Below, one piece after another: positions 25,301 through 39,600 of a stretch of DNA of 64,000 nt. Each line of letters starts with the position of its first letter. Within the stretch, counting starts at the first letter, position 1. The notes beneath the pieces were generated by a model. It ran no database searches. It was not told the origin of the DNA and was given only the letters and a program-made list of their open reading frames with translations. Both the position numbers and the translations under genes were made by a program. Where the stretch lies: positions 1 to 64,000 of the forward strand of contig JBHGNT010000074.1 in the NCBI GenBank assembly GCA_043228905.1, written 5' to 3'. Source of the DNA: Azolla caroliniana. Taxonomy: Eukaryota > Plantae > Polypodiophyta.

Positions 25301-28300
25301 ATCGAAGCTAACAACACTAGCGATGATATAAAATTAAAAAATCAAGATTTTGAAACTCAAGTCGAGAGACATGATGAAATTCGCAAGTTAGAGGAGGGAG
25401 TTGAGATGAGCCTGTGAGTAAATTAAAATGTTCATACCTGGCCCATGTGATATCGGAATTTAGTGTTCAAAGATGCGAATCGAAGGTAACAACGCTAGCT
25501 CTGATATGGAATTAAAAAATCAAGATTTTAAAACTCAGATCAACAGACATGAAGAAATTCCCGAATTAGAGGAGGGAGTTGAGAAGAGCGCGTCAGTATA
25601 TTAAAATCTTCATACCTGGCCCATGTGATATTGGATTTTAGTTTTCAAAGATGCAAATCGAAGGTAACAACACTAGCTATGATATGGAATTAAAAAATCA
25701 AGATCTTGAAACTCATGTCGAGAGATATGAAGAAATGCTCAAGTTAGAGTAGGGAGTTGAGAAGAGCCCGTGAGTAAATTAAAATGTTCATACCTGGCCC
25801 AGGTGATATCGGAATTTAGTGTTCAAAGATGCGAATCGAAGGTAACAACACTAGCTATGATATGGAATTAAAAAATGAAGATGTTGAAACTCATGTCGAG
25901 AGACATAAAGAAATTACCAAATTAGAGGAGGGAGTTGAAAAGAGCGCGTCAGTATACTAAAATGTTCATAACTGGCCCATGTGATATCGGATTATTGTGT
26001 TCAAAGATGCGAATCGAAGCTAACAACGCTAGCTCTGATATGGAATTAAAAAATCAAGATTTTGAAACTCAGATCAACAGACATGAAGAAATTCCCGAAT
26101 TAGAGGAGGGAGTTGAGAAGAGCGGGTCAGTATATTAAAATCTTCATACCTGGCCCATGTGATATCGGATTTTAGTGTTCAAAGATACGAATCGAAGGTA
26201 ACAACGCTAGCTCTGATATGGAATTAAAAAATCAAGATTTTGAAACTCAGATCGAAAGACATGAAGAAATTACCAAATTAGAGGAGGGAGTTGAGAAGAG
26301 CGCGTCAGTATATTGAAATCTTCATACCTGGCCCATGTGATATCGGATTTGAGTGTTCAAAGATGCGAATCGAAGGTAACAACACTAGCTATGATATGGA
26401 ATTAAAAAATCAAGATCTTGAAACTCAAGTCGAGAGACATAAAGAAATTACCAAATTAGAGGAGGGAGCTGAAAAGAGCGCGTCAGTATACTAAAATGTT
26501 CATAACTGGCCCATGTGATATCGGATTTTTGTGTTCAAAGATGCGAATCGAAGGTAACAACGCTAGCTATGAAATGGAATTAAAAAATCAAGATTTTGAA
26601 GCTCAGATCGACAGACATGAAGAAATTACCAAATTAGAGGAGGGAGTTGTGAAGAGCACGTTAGTATATTAAAATCTTCATACCTGGCCCATGTGATATC
26701 GGATTTTAGTGTTCAAAGATGCGAATCGAAGATAACAACACTAGCTATGATATGGAATTAAAAAATCAAGATCTTGAAACTCATGTCGAGAGATATGAAG
26801 AAATGCTCAAGTTAGAGTAGGGAGTTGAGAAGAGCCTGTGAGTAAATTAAAATGTTCATACCTGGCCCATGTGATATCGGATTTTAGTGTTCAAAGATGC
26901 GAATCGAAGGTAACAACGCTAGCTCTGATATGGAATTAAAAAATCAAGATTTTGAAACTCAGATCGACAGACATGAAGAAATTACCAAATTTTAGGAGGG
27001 AGTTGAGAAGAGCGCGTCAGTAGATTAAAATGTTCATACCTGGCCCGTGTGATATCAGATTTTAGTGTTCAAAGATGCGAATCGAAGGTAACAACGCTAG
27101 CTCTGATCTGGAATTCAAAAATCAAGATTTTGAAACACAGATCGACAGACATGAAGAAATTACCAAATTTGAGGAGGGAGTTCAGAAGAGCGCGTCAGTA
27201 TATTAAAATCTTCATACCTGGCCCATGTGATATCGTATTTTTGTGTTCAAACATGCGAATCGAAGCTAATAACGCTAACTCTCATATGGATTTAAAAAAT
27301 CAAGATTTTGAAACTCAAGTCGAGAGACATGAAGAAATTACCAAATTTGAGGAGGGAGTTGAGAAGAGCGGGTCAGTATATTAAAATCTTCATACTTGGC
27401 TCGGATGATCCCGGATTTTTGTGTTCAAAGATGCAAATCGAAGCTAACAACACTAGCTATGATATAAATTTAAAAAATCAAGATTTTGAAACTCAAGTCG
27501 AGAGACATGATTAAATTCGCAAGTTAGAGGAGGGAGTTCGGAAGAGCCCGTGAGTAAATTAAAATGTTCATACCTGGCCCGTGTGATATCAGATTTTAGT
27601 GTTCAAAGATGCGAATCGAAGCTAATCACACTACCTATGATATGGGATTAAAAAATCGAGATTTTGAAACTCAGATCGACAGACCTGAAGAAATTACCAA
27701 ATTTTAGGAGGGAGTTGAGAAGAGCGCGTCAGTAGATTAAAATGTTCATACCTGGCCCGTGTGATATCAGATTTTAGTGTTCAAAGATGCGAATCGAAGG
27801 TAACAACGCTAGCTCTGATATGGAATTCAAAAATCAAGATTTTGAAACACAGATCGACAGACATGAAGAAATTACCAAATTTGAGGAGGGAGTTCAGAAG
27901 AGCGCGTCAGTATATTAAAATCTTCATACCTGGCCCATGTGATATCGTATTTTTGTGTTCAAACATGCGAATCGAAGCTAATAACGCTAACTCTCATATG
28001 GATTTAAAAAATAAAGATTTTGAAACTCAGATCGACAGACATGAAGAAATTACCAAATTAGAGGAGGGAGTTGAGAAGAGCGCGTCAGTATATTAAAATC
28101 TTCATACCTGGCCCATGTGATATTGGATTTTAGTGTTCAAAGATGCGAATCGAAGGTAACAACGCTAGCTCTGATATGGAATTAAAAAATCAAGATTTTG
28201 AAACTCAGATCGAGAGACATGAAGAAATTACCAAATTAGAGGAGGGAGTTGAGAAGAGCGCGTCAGTATATTGAAATCTTCATACCTGGCCCATGTGATA

Positions 28301-31300
28301 TCGGATTTGAGTGTTCAAAGATGCGAATCGAAGTTAACAACACTAGCTATGATATGGAATTAAAAAATCAAGATCTTGAAACTCAAGTCGAGAGATATAA
28401 AGAAATTACCAAATTAGAGGAGGGAGCTGAAAAGAGCGCGTCAGTATACTAAAATGTTCATAACTGGCCCATGTGATATCGGATTTTTGTGTTCAAAGAT
28501 GCGAATCGAAGGTAACAACACTAGCTATGAAATGGAATTAAAAAATCGAGATTTTGAAGCTCAGATCGACAGACATGAAGAAATTACCAAATTAGAGGAG
28601 GGAGTTGTGAAGAGCACGTTAGTATATTAAAATGTTCATACCTGGCCCATGTGATATCGTATTTTTGTGTTCAAACATGCGAATCGAAGCTAATAACACT
28701 AACTCTCATATGGATTGAAAAAATCAAGATTTTGAAACTCAGATTGACAGACATGAAGAAATTACCAAATTTGAGGAGGCAGTTGAGAAGAGCGGGTCAG
28801 TATATTAAAATCTTCATACCTGGCCCATGTGATATCGGATTTTAGTGTTCAAAGATGCGAATCGAAGGTAACAACGCTAGCTCTGATATGGAATTAAAAA
28901 ATCAAGATTTTGAAGCTCAGATCGACAGACATGAAGAAATTACCAAATTAGAGGAGGGAGTTGTGAAGAGCACGTTAGTATATTAAAATCTTCATACCTG
29001 GCCCATGTGATATCGGATTTTAGTGTTCAAAGATGCGAATCGAAGATAACAACACTAGCTATGATATGGAATTAAAAAATCAAGATCTTGAAACTCATGT
29101 CGAGAGATATGAAGAAATGCTCAAGTTAGAGTAGGGAGTTGAGAAGAGCCTGTGAGTAAATTAAAATGTTCATACCTGGCCCATGTGATATCGGATTTTA
29201 GTGTTCAAAGATGCGAATCGAAGGTAACAACGCTAGCTCTGATATGGAATTAAAAAATCAAGATTTTGAAACTCAGATCGAGAGACATGAAGAAATTACC
29301 AAATTAGAGGAGGGAGTTGAGAAGAGCGCGTCAGTATATTGAAATCTTCATACCTGGCCCATGTGATATCGGATTTGAGTGTTCAAAGATGCGAATCGAA
29401 GGTAACAACACTAGCTATGATATGGAATTAAAAAATCAAGATCTTGAAACTCAAGTCGAGAGACATAAAGAAATTACCAAATTAGAGGAGGGAGCTGAAA
29501 AGAGCGCGTCAGTATACTAAAATGTTCATAACTGGCCCATGTGATATCGGATTTTTGTGTTCAAAGATGCGAATCGAAGGTAACAACGCTAGCTATGAAA
29601 TGGAATTAAAAAATCAAGATTTTGAAGCTCAGATCGACAGACATGAAGAAATTACCAAATTAGAGGAGGGAGTTGTGAAGAGCACGTTAGTATATTAAAA
29701 TCTTCATACCTGGCCCATGTGATATCGGATTTTAGTGTTCAAAGATGCGAATCGAAGATAACAACACTAGCTATGATATGGAATTAAAAAATCAAGATCT
29801 TGAAACTCATGTCGAGAGATATGAAGAAATGCTCAAGTTAGAGTAGGGAGTTGAGAAGAGCCTGTGAGTAAATTAAAATGTTCATACCTGGCCCATGTGA
29901 TATCGGATTTTAGTGTTCAAAGATGCGAATCGAAGGTAACAACGCTAGCTCTGATATGGAATTAAAAAATCAAGATTTTGAAACTCAGATCGAGAGACAT
30001 GAAGAAATTACCAAATTAGAGGAGGGAGTTGAGAAGAGCGCGTCAGTATATTGAAATCTTCATACCTGGCCCATGTGATATCGGATTTGAGTGTTCAAAG
30101 ATGCGAATCGAAGGTAACAACACTAGCTATGATATGGAATTAAAAAATCAAGATCTTGAAACTCAAGTCGAGAGACATAAAGAAATTACCAAATTAGAGG
30201 AGGGAGCTGAAAAGAGCGCGTCAGTATACTAAAATGTTCATAACTGGCCCATGTGATATCGGATTTTTGTGTTCAAAGATGCGAATCGAAGCTAACAACA
30301 CTAGCTATGATATCGAATTATAAAATCAAGATCTTGAAACTCATGTCGAGAGATATGAAGAAATGCTCAAGTTAGAGTAGGGAGTTGAGAAGAGCCCGTG
30401 AGTAAATTAAAATGTTCATACCTGGCTCTGGTGATCCCGGATTTTTGTGTTCAAAGATGCGAATCGAAGCTAACAACACTAGCGATGATATAATATTAAA
30501 AAATCAAGATTTTGAAACTCAAGTCGAGAGACATGATGAAATTCGCAAGTTAGAGGAGGGAGTTGAGATGAGCCTGTGAGTAAATTAAAATGTTCATACC
30601 TGGCCCATGTGATATCGGAATTTACTGTTCAAAGATGCGAATCGAAGGTAACAACGCTAGCTCTGATATGGAATTAAAAAATCAAGATTTTGAAACTCAG
30701 ATCAACAGACATGAAGAAATTCCCGAATTAGAGGAGGGAGTTGAGAAGAGCGCGTCAGTATATTAAAATCTTCATACCTGGCCCATGTGATATTGGATTT
30801 TAGTGTTGAAAGATGCAAATCGAAGGTAACAACACTAGCTATGATATGGAATTAAAAAATCAAGATCTTGAAACTCATGTCGAGAGATATGAAGAAATGC
30901 TCAAGTTAGAGTAGGGAGTTGAGAAGAGCCCGTGAGTAAATTAAAATGTTCATACCTGGCCCAGGTGATATCGGAATTTAGTGTTCAAAGATGCGAATCG
31001 AAGGTAACAACACTAGCTATGATATGGAATTAAAAAATGAAGATGTTGAAACTCATGTCGAGAGACATAAAGAAATTACCAAATTAGAGGAGGGAGTTGA
31101 AAAGAGCGCCTCAGTATACTAAAATGTTCATAACTGGGCCATGTGATATCGGATTTTTGTGTTCAAAGATGCGAATCGAAGCTAACAACACTAGCTATGA
31201 TATGGAATTAAAAAATTGAGATTTTGAAACTCAGATTGAGAGACATGAAGAAATTACCAAATTTGAGGACGGAGTTGAGAAGAGCGCGTCAGTAAATTAA

Positions 31301-33680
31301 AATGTTCATACATGGCTCGGGTGATCCCGGATTTTTGTGTTCAAAGATGTAAATCGAAGCTAACAACACTAGCTATGATATAAAATTAAAAAATCAAGAT
31401 TTTGAAACTCAAGTCGAGAGACATGATAAAATTCGCAAGTTCGAGGAGGGAGTTCAGAAGAGCCCGTTAGTAAATTAAAATGTTCACACCTGGCCCATGT
31501 GATATCGGAATTTAGTGTTCAAAGATTCGAATCGAAGCTAACAACGCTACCTCTGATATGGAATTAAAAAATCAAGATTTTGAAACTCAGATCAACAGAC
31601 ATGAAGAAATTACCAAATTAGAGGTGGGAGTTGAGAAGAGCGCGTCAGTATATTAAAATCTTCATACCTGGCCCATGTGATATCGGATTTTAGTGTTCAA
31701 AGATGCGAATTGAAGGTAACAACACTAGCTATGATATGGAATTAAAAAATCAAGATCTTGAAACTCATGTCGAGAGACATCAAGAAATTACCAAATTAGA
31801 GGAGGGAGTTGAAAAGAGCGCGTCAGTATATTGAAATCTTCATACCTGGCCCATGTGATATCGGATTTGAGTGTTCAAAGATGCGAATCGAAGGTAACAA
31901 CACTAGCTATGATATGGAATTAAAAAATCAAGATCTTGAAACTCAAGTCGAGAGACATAAAGAAATTACCAAATTAGAGGAGGGAGCTGAAAAGAGCGCG
32001 TCAGTATACTAAAATGTTCATAACTGGCCCATGTGATATCGGATTTTTGTGTTCAAAGATGCGAATCGAAGCTAACAACACGAGCTATGATATCGAATTA
32101 TAAAATCAAGATCTTGAAACTCATGTCGAGAGATATGAAGAAATGCTCAAGTTAGAGTAGGGAGTTGAGAAGAGCCCGTGAGTAAATTAAAATGTTCATA
32201 CGTGGCTCTGGTGATCCCGGATTTTTGTGTTCAAAGATGCGAATCGAAGCTAACAACACTAGCGATGATATAATATTAAAAAATCAAGATTTTGAAACTC
32301 AAGTCGAGAGACATGATGAAATTCGCAAGTTAGAGGAGGGAGTTGAGATGAGCCTGTGAGTAAATTAAAATGTTCATACCTGGCCCATGTGATATCAGAA
32401 TTTAGTGTTCAAAGATGCGAATCGAAGGTAACAACGCTAGCTCTGATATGGAATTAAAAAATCAAGATTTTGAAACTCAGATCAACAGACATGAAGAAAT
32501 TCCCGAATTAGAGGAGGGAGTTGAGAAGAGCGCGTCAGTATATTAAAATCTTCATACCTGGCCCATGTGATATTGGATTTTAGTGTTCAAAGATGCAAAT
32601 CGAAGGTAACAACACTAGCTATGATATGGAATTAAAAAATCAAGATCTTGAAACTCATGTCGAGAGATATGAAGAAATGCTCAAGTTAGAGTAGGGAGTT
32701 GAGAAGAGCCCGTGAGTAAATTAAAATGTTCATACCTGGCCCAGGTGATATCGGAATTTAGTGTTCAAAGATGCGAATCGAAGGTAACAACACTAGCTAT
32801 GATATGGAATTAAAAAATGAAGATGTTGAAACTCATGTCGAGAGACATAAAGAAATTACCAAATTAGAGGAGGGAGTTGAAAAGAGCGCCTCAGTATACT
32901 AAAATGTTCATAACTGGGCCATGTGATATCGGATTTTTGTGTTCAAAGATGCGAATCGAAGCTAACAACACTAGCTATGATATGGAATTAAAAAATCAAG
33001 ATTTTGAAACTCAGATTGAGAGACATGAAGAAATTACCAAATTTGAGGACGGAGTTGAGAAGAGCGCGTCAGTAAATTAAAATGTTCATACATGGCTCGG
33101 GTGATCCCGGATTTTTGTGTTCAAAGATGTAAATCGAAGCTAACAACACTAGCTATGATATAAAATTAAAAAATCAAGATTTTGAAACTCAAGTCGAGAG
33201 ACATGATAAAATTCGCAAGTTCGAGGAGGGAGTTCAGAAGAGCCCGTTAGTAAATTAAAATGTTCACACCTGGCCCATGTGATATCGGAATTTAGTGTTC
33301 AAAGATTCGAATCGAAGCTAACAACGCTACCTCTGATATGGAATTAAAAAATCAAGATTTTGAAACTCAGATCAACAGACATGAAGAAATTACCAAATTA
33401 GAGGTGGGAGTTGAGAAGAGCGCGTCAGTATATTAAAATCTTCATACCTGGCCCATGTGATATCGGATTTTAGTGTTCAAAGATGCGAATTGAAGGTAAC
33501 AACACTAGCTATGATATGGAATTAAAAAATCAAGATCTTGAAACTCATGTCGAGAGACATCAAGAAATTACCAAATTAGAGGAGGGAGTTGAAAAGAGCG
33601 CGTCAGTATACTAAAATGTTCATAACTGGCCCATGTGATATCGGATTTGAGTGTTCAAAGATGCGAATCGAAGCTAACAA
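22400..33680 (+). repeat. Domain 2: second monomer-variant set arranged as 4-mer and 10-mer HORs
   Basis: Markers gtatactaaaatgttcataact, catgatgaaattcgcaag, cggaatttag, cagatcaac, ccaggtg, ggagctgaaaag, gttgtgaagagcacgttag. 4-mer spacings: 24515/25223/25935, 27049/27761, 29317/30029. Confidence 0.85.
30029..33600 (+). repeat. Tandem 10-mer HOR (1780 bp) x2
   Basis: atttgaggacggag at 31261 and 33041; tgttcacacc, gaggtgggag, gacatcaag and aagagcgcctcag each recur at +1780; ORFs 30029/31809/33589. Confidence 0.92.
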
Positions 33681-36600
33681 CACTAGCTATGATATAAAAT
33701 TAAAACATCAAGATTTTGAAACTCAGATCGACAGACATGAAGAAATTACCAAATTAGAGGAGGGAGTTGAGAAGAGCGCGTCAGTATATTAAAATCTTCA
33801 TACCTGGCCCATGTGATATCGGATATTAGTGTTCAAAGATGCGAATCGAAGGTAACAACACTAGCTATGATATGGTGTTAAAAAATCAAGATCTTGAAAC
33901 TCATGTCGAGAGACATGAAGAAATGCTCAAGTTAGAGGAGGGAGTTGAGAAGAGCCCGTGAGTAAATTAAAATGTTCATACCTGGCCCATGTGATATCGG
34001 ATTTTTGTGTTCAAAGATGCGAATCGAAGCTAACAACACTAGCTATGATATGGAATTAAAAAATGTAGATTTTAAAACTCAAGTCGAGAGACATGAAAAA
34101 ATTCAAAAGTTAGAGGAGGGAGTTGAGAAGAGCCCATGAGTAAATTAAAATGTTCATACCTGGCCCATGTGATATCGGATTTTAGTGTTCAAACATACGA
34201 ATCGAAGTTAACATTCTAGCTCTGATATGGAATTAAAAAATCAAGATCTTGAAACTCAGATCGACAGACATGAAGAAATTACCAAATTTGAGGAGGGAGT
34301 TGAGAAAAGCGCGTCAGTATATTAAAATCTTCATACGTGGCCCATGTGATATCGGATTTTAGTGTTCAAAGATGCGAATCGAAGGTAACAACACTAGCTA
34401 TGATATGGAATTAAAAAATCAAGATCTTGAAACTCATGTCGAGAGATATGAAGAAATGCTCAAGTTAGAGTAGGGAGTTGAGAAGAGCGGGTCAGTATAT
34501 TAAAATGTTCATACCTGGCCCAGGTGATATCAGATTTTAGTGTTCAAAGATGCGAATCGAAGCTAACAACGCTACCTATAATATGGAATTAAAAAATGAG
34601 GATTTTGAAACTCAAGTCGAGAGACATGAAGAAATTACCAAATTTGAGGAGGGAGTTGAGAAGAGCGGGTCAGTAAATTAAAATGTTAATACCTGGCTCG
34701 GGTGATCCCGGATTTTTGTGTTCAAAGATGCGAATCGAAGCTAACAACACTAGCTATGATATAAAATTAAAACATCGAGATTTTGAAACTCAGATCGACA
34801 GACATGAAGAAATTACCAAATTAGAGGAGGGAGTTGAGAAGAGCGCGTCAGTATATTAAAATCTTCATACCTGGCCCATGTGATATCGGATATTAGTGTT
34901 CAAAGATGCGAATCGAAGGTAACAACACTAGCTATGATATGGAATTAAAAAATCAAGATCTTGAAACTCATGTCGAGAGACATGAAGAAATGCTCAAGTT
35001 AGAGGAGGGAGTTGAGAAGAGCCCGTGAGTAAATTAAAATGTTCATACCTGGCCCATGTGATATCGGATTTTTGTGTTCAAAGATGCGAATCGAAGCTAA
35101 CAACACTAGCTATGATATGGAATTAAAAAATCAAGATCTTGAAACTCATGTCGAGAGACATGAAGAAATGCTCAAGTTAGAGGAGGGAGTTGAGAAGAGC
35201 CCGTGAGTAAATTAAAATGTTCATACCTGGCCCATGTGATATCGGATTTTTGTGTTCAAAGATGCGAATCGAAGCTAACAACACTAGCTATGATATGGAA
35301 TTAAAAAATGTAGATTTTAAAACTCAAGTCGAGAGACATGAAAAAATTCAAAAGTTAGAGGAGGGAGTTTAGAAGAGCCCATGAGTAAATTAAAATGTTC
35401 ATACCTGGCCCATGTGATATCGGATTTTAGTGTTTAAACATACGAATCGAAGCTAACAACACTAGCTATGATATAAAATTAAAACATCAAGATTTTGAAA
35501 CTCAGATCGACAGACATGAAGAAATTACCAAATTAGAGGAGGGAGTTGAGAAGAGCGCGTCAGTATATTAAAATCTTCATACCTGGCCCATGTGATATCG
35601 GATATTAGTGTTCAAAGATGCGAATCGAAGGTAACAACACTAGCTATGATATGGTGTTAAAAAATCAAGATCTTGAAACTCATGTCGAGAGACATGAAGA
35701 AATGCTCAAGTTAGAGGAGGGAGTTGAGAAGAGCCCGTGACTAAATTAAAATGTTCATACCTGGCCCATGTGATATCGGATTTTTGTGTTCAAAGATGCG
35801 AATCGAAGCTAACAACACTAGCTATGATATGGAATTAAAAAATGTAGATTTTAAAACTCAAGTCGAGAGACATGAAAAAATTCAAAAGTTAGAGGAGGGA
35901 GTTGAGAAGAGCCCATGAGTAAATTAAAATGTTCATACCTGGCCCATGTGATATCGGATTTTAGTGTTCAAACATACGAATCGAAGTTAACATTCTAGCT
36001 CTGATATGGAATTAAAAAATCAAGATCTTGAAACTCAGATCGACAGACATGAAGAAATTACCAAATTTGAGGAGGGAGTTGAGAAAAGCGCGTCAGTATA
36101 TTAAAATCTTCATACGTGGCCCATGTGATATCGGATTTTAGTGTTCAAAGATGCGAATCGAAGGTAACAACACTAGCTATGATATGGAATTAAAAAATCA
36201 AGATCTTGAAACTCATGTCGAGAGACATGAAGAAATGCTCAAGTTAGAGGAGGGAGTTGAGAAGAGCCCGTGAGTAAATTAAAATGTTCATACCTGGCCC
36301 ATGTGATATCGGATTTTTGTGTTCAAAGATGCGAATCGAAGCTAACAACACTAGCTATGATATGGAATTAAAAAATGTAGATTTTAAAACTCAAGTCGAG
36401 AGACATGAAGAAATTCAAACGTTAGAGGAGGGAATTGAGAAGAGCCCATGAGTAAATTAAAATGTTCATACCTGGCCCATGTGATATCGGATTTTAGTGT
36501 TCAAACATACGAATCGAAGTTAACATTCTAGCTCTGATATGGAATTAAAAAATCAAGATCTTGAAACTCAGATCGACAGACATGAAGAAATTACCAAATT

Positions 36601-39600
36601 TGAGGAGGGAGTTGAGAAAAGCGCGTCAGTATATTAAAATCTTCATACGTGGGCCATGTGATATCGGATTTTAGTGTTCAAAGATGCGAATCGAAGGTAA
36701 CAACACTAGCTATGATATGGAATTAAAAAATCAAGATCTTGAAACTCATGTCGAGAGATATGAAGAAATGCTCAAGTTAGAGTAGGGAGTTGAGAAGAGC
36801 GGGTCAGGATATTAAAATGTTCATACCTGGCCCATGTGATACCAGATTTTAGTGTTCAAAGATGCGAATCGAAGCTAACAACGCTACCTATAATATGGAA
36901 TTAAAAAATGAGGATTTTGAAACTCAAGTCGAGAGACATGAAGAAATTACCAAATTTGAGGAGGGAGTTGAGAAGAGCGGGTCAGTAAATTAAAATGTTA
37001 ATACCTGGCTCGGGTGATCCCGGATTTTTGTGTTCAAAGATGCAAATCGAAGCTAACAACACTAGCTATGATATAAAATTAAAACATCAAGATTTTGAAA
37101 CTCAGATCGACAGACATGAAGAAATTAACAAATTAGAGGAGGGAGTTGAGAAGAGCGCGTCAGTATATTAAAATCTTCATACCTGGCCCATGTGATATCG
37201 GATATTAGTGTTCAAAGATGCGAATCGAAGGTAACAACACTAGCTATGATATGGTGTTAAAAAATCAAGATCTTGAAACTCATGTCGAGAGACATGAAGA
37301 AATGCTCAAGTTAGAGGAGGGAGTTGAGAAGAGCCCGTGAGTAAATTAAAATGTTCATACCTGGCCCATGTGATATCGGATTTTTGTGTTCAAAGATGCG
37401 AATCGAAGCTAACAACACTAGCTATGATATGGAATTAAAAAATGTAGATTTTAAAACTCAAGTCGAGAGACATGAAAAAATTCAAAAGTTAGAGGAGGGA
37501 GTTGAGAAGAGCCCATGAGTAAATTAAAATGTTCATACCTGGCCCATGTGATATCGGATTTTAGTGTTCAAACATACGAATCGAAGTTAACATTCTAGCT
37601 CTGATATGGAATTAAAAAATCAAGATCTTGAAACTCAGATCGACAGACATGAAGAAATTACCAAATTTGAGGAGGGAGTTGAGAAAAGCGCGTCAGTATA
37701 TTAAAATCTTCATACGTGGCCCATGTGATATCGGATTTTAGTGTTCAAAGATGCGAATCGAAGGTAACAACACTAGCTATGATATGGAATTAAAAAATCA
37801 AGATCTTGAAACTCATGTCGAGAGATATGAAGAAATGCTCAAGTTAGAGTAGGGAGTTGAGAAGAGCGGGTCAGTATATTAAAATGTTCATACCTGGCCC
37901 ATGAGATATCAGATTTTAGTGTTCAAAGATGCGAATCGAAGCTAACAACGCTACCTATAATATGGAATTAAAAAATCAAGATTTTGAAACTCAGATCGAC
38001 AGACATGAAGAAATTACCAAATTTTAGGAGGGAGTTGAGAAGAGCGCGTCAGTAGATTAAAATGTTCATACCTGGCCCGTGTGATATCGGATTTTAGTGT
38101 TCAAAGATGCGAATCGAAGGTAACAACACTAGCTATGATATGGAATGAAAAAATCAAGATCTTGAAACTCATGTCGAGAGACATAAAGAAATTACCAAAT
38201 TAGAGGAGGGAGTTGAAAAGCGCGCGTCAGTATACTAAAATGTTCATAACTGGCCCATGTGATATCGGATTTTTGTATTCAAAGATGCGAATCGAAGCTA
38301 ATAACACTAGCTATGATATGGTATTAAAAAATCAAGATTTTGAAACTCAGATTGACAGACATGAAGAAATTACCAAATTTGAGGAGGCAGTTGAGAAGAG
38401 CGGGTCAGTATATTAAAATCTTCATACCTGGCTCGGGTGATCCCGGATTTTAGTGTTCAAAGATGCAAATCGAAGCTAACAACACTAGCTATGATATAAA
38501 ATTAAAAAATCAAGATTTTGAAACTCAAGTTGAGAGACATGATAAAATTCGCAAGTTAGAGGAGGGAGTTGAGAAGAGCCCGTGAGTAAATTAAAATGTT
38601 CATACCTGGCCCATGTGATATCGGAATTTAGTGTTCAAAGATGCGAATCGAAGGTAACAACGCTAGCTCTGATATGGAACTAAAATGTTCATACCTGGCC
38701 CATGAGTAAATTAAAATGTTCATACCTGGCCCATGTGATATCGGATTTTAGTGTTCAAACATACGAATCGAAGTTAACATTCTAGCTCTGATATGGAATT
38801 AAAAAATCAAGATCTTGAAACTCAGATCGACAGACATGAAGAAATTACCAAATTTGAGGAGGGAGTTGAGAAAAGCGCGTCAGTATATTAAAATCTTCAT
38901 ACGTGGGCCATGTGATATCGGATTTTAGTGTTCAAAGATGCGAATCGAAGGTAACAACACTAGCTATGATATGGAATTAAAAAATCAAGATCTTGAAACT
39001 CATGTCGAGAGATATGAAGAAATGCTCAAGTTAGAGTAGGGAGTTGAGAAGAGCGGGTCAGTATATTAAAATGTTCATACCTGGCCCATGTGATATCAGA
39101 TTTTAGTGTTCAAAGATGCGAATCGAAGCTAACAACGCTACCTATAATATGGAATTAAAAAATGAGGATTTTGAAACTCAAGTCGAGAGACATGAAGAAA
39201 TTACCAAATTTGAGGAGGGAGTTGAGAAGAGCGGGTCAGTAAATTAAAATGTTAATACCTGGCTCGGGTGATCCCGGATTTTTGTGTTCAAAGATGCGAA
39301 TCGAAGCTAACAACACTAGCTATGATATAAAATTAAAACATCAAGATTTTGAAACTCAGATCGATAGACATGAAGAAATTACCAAATTAGAGGAGGGAGT
39401 TGAGAAGAGCGCGTCAGTATATTAAAATCTTCATACCTGGCCCATGTGATATCGGATATTAGTGTTCAAAGATGCGAATCGAAGGTAACAACACTAGCTA
39501 TGATATGGTGTTAAAAAATCAAGATCTTGAAACTCATGTCGAGAGACATGAAGAAATGCTCAAGTTAGAGGAGGGAGTTGAGAAGAGCCCGTGAGTAAAT

